Source: Azolla caroliniana
Lineage: Eukaryota > Plantae > Polypodiophyta
Length of the DNA: 64,000 nt
Direction of reading: 5' to 3'
Assembly (NCBI GenBank): GCA_043228905.1
Contig: JBHGNT010000002.1
Location: 22,072,001-22,136,000 of the forward strand
In this document: positions 61,991-64,000 of the stretch, one piece after another
Position numbering within the stretch: position 1 is the first letter of the stretch
How the letters are laid out: each line of letters opens with the position of its first letter
Notes under the pieces: generated by a model
The model's database searches: none
What the model saw: the letters and a program-made list of their open reading frames with translations, nothing else
Told to the model about the DNA's origin: nothing
Position numbers and translations under genes: made by a program

Positions 61991-64000
61991 TTTGTTCATT
62001 TTCCTTTTTTGAACAATCAAACAAGTTATAGAATGTATATTGTCTCGATATCAATGACTCCATTGGCCTCTCTACATATGCTAGGTAAACTATAATACAT
62101 TACTTCTACTTCTCTTTTTTGGAATACTTGTCTTTTCATTATTCCCAACTTCACATGAAGGTACATTATATTACATAGTTTTCAAAAATTATGAGTAGCA
62201 AACACCCAAACTTTCATTGTTCACAACTTCACGTGAAGGTAAATAAAAAAACATGGTTTTCAACAATTACCACGTGCAATCTCCAATTACCATCATACAA
62301 ATTCTACAGTGACCATCTCCATCTCCAATTACCACCATACTCTCTTTGCCAACATCCTCTTGTTGCTACTCGGTTTTGGCAATTTCATTTCTACATCAAA
62401 ATCTCACCCTTGTTCCATCCCCGAGAAGCTTCCAAATGAGTAATTATTATTCAAATGCCAAACCTCATAAAAAGGAGTAGTGAGGAGATCAACATATTCT
62501 CACTAGGCACGTTTGACGTTGGAAGTTTGGAAGTCACACTTCTAAATTTTATAAACTCATAGCTCAAAGTAAACACTTCTAGTTCACACACGTAAATATT
62601 GTCGTGGATATAAATCTTGATTTTTGACACAAAGACTAATGTGAAACCATCTCACCATTGTGATCTATTTGAGAGCGAGATCTTTGTATTCTTAATGACA
62701 CAAGCAAAGTCTAGTGTCTATTGACCTTGGGGGGACTTTAAAATACCACATATGCACATTGGAGGGTTGGGAAACAGTTCCATGAATTGTCTGATAATCA
62801 TAGCACCTGTTAATTGGACATGAGTTATGGAAAGGGACCCATGCAAAGGGTGCATGATGCAAATTAGTAAACTGACAATTGAGAAAATCATGGCCATCCA
62901 TTGTACAATTTTTGTTGTTAAATATTAATAATATTTTTGGCATAACAAATCTTTTCTAAAACCATTTTTCCCTAAAGTGATCGGGGTCCAATATATTTTG
63001 TAGCATGAACCAATCTAGAATGTATTGATGTTAAAACATCCCTATTCTTTCTCTTATGTTATTCCCCAATCACCATTCGGGGTAAGAGGTTCAAATGGAT
63101 TCACCCCTCTAAATTTTGGCAACCATCACAACCAAGAAAAGGGGTGGAAGACCTTTACTTATCAACACCTTGTATTATCAAGCCTATCGAAGGACCACCT
63201 TTGCATGCTCAAGTGGAGGAGCCTGATATAAAATGGGTCCTTTTGAATTAAGGTTAAAACCATGCTTCAAAGTCCACGCTAATGCGAGTAACCCCACAAC
63301 CTTGATCTCACTCTTATTAATACTTCGAGACTAAGTAGGTTATCAAATATTCAACCAAATTGAGATCTAGAATCCATGTCAATTATGAACCCTTTCATAT
63401 AGATTCCAATGCATTTTCTTTATCTCATCTTTCATTACAATATAATGCATGCAAATCCTACTCTTATTCATCCAGGACAAGGAGAAATGAGGTAGAAGCA
63501 ATAGAATCGTGTGTACGTAACCACATCGAGGTGACATGTTGTTGCACATGCCAAACCGTAAAGTTGTAATGACATTAAATCCATTGACAAATAGAAGAGT
63601 CCTAAACCGTGGTCCTACATGTGGCTCATATAGCCACAAAATGTTCACAAAGTAGTACAATATTGATAGGTCAAGGAAGTTTCCATTTGCCAAATATGAT
63701 GAATCCGCAGGAAATGAGCTATCAATGCTAAATATTACCAACATACCTCCACCAATAAAAGTTAATGTGATGGATTTCATGGGCAACAAAGTTGTATATA
63801 AAGTGGCACATGTGAAACAAAAATTATCATGGAGGAATTCTAGGAGAGATTATGTGGGAGCCTTGTATGTGAAGAAATTGAAAATGTATTATTTTGGGGA
63901 TCGGGAAAAAATAATAATGAGAAGGCAAGTATAATAACCATTGAAGAGAAATTCACTTGATTTAGTTATATGACCTTCAATCAAGATGATGATGATAAGA

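Noticed and set aside
62000-64000. Short ORFs, possible LINE or transposase relic
   Set aside because: No diagnostic motif recognised

Overview
Repeat-dominated plant nuclear DNA, probably a non-seed vascular plant such as a fern (inferred from the PLS-PPR style, a Tcn1-like chromovirus and the RTE LINEs). Bases 1-14450 are a four-deep nest of LTR retrotransposons: an LTR inside Copia-1, inside a chromovirus, inside Copia-2. Copia-1 also carries an ~810-bp 3' fragment of a Penelope-like element with no C-terminal GIY-YIG domain and an intact minimal hammerhead ribozyme (4388-4439, - strand). The main hidden feature is largely missed by the ORF track: an ~28-kb minus-strand gene of about 17 exons (49357 to ~21251) that splices without stops into a highly divergent HAP2/GCS1 (class II gamete fusogen) ectodomain. 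I could not find a transmembrane anchor for it. Its introns hold Copia relics, RTE LINEs, hAT MITEs and solo LTRs. The right end has an intronless PLS-class PPR gene (56038-57639, +) and an intronless single-pass membrane protein gene (59614-61080, -). All calls were read by eye with no database searches.
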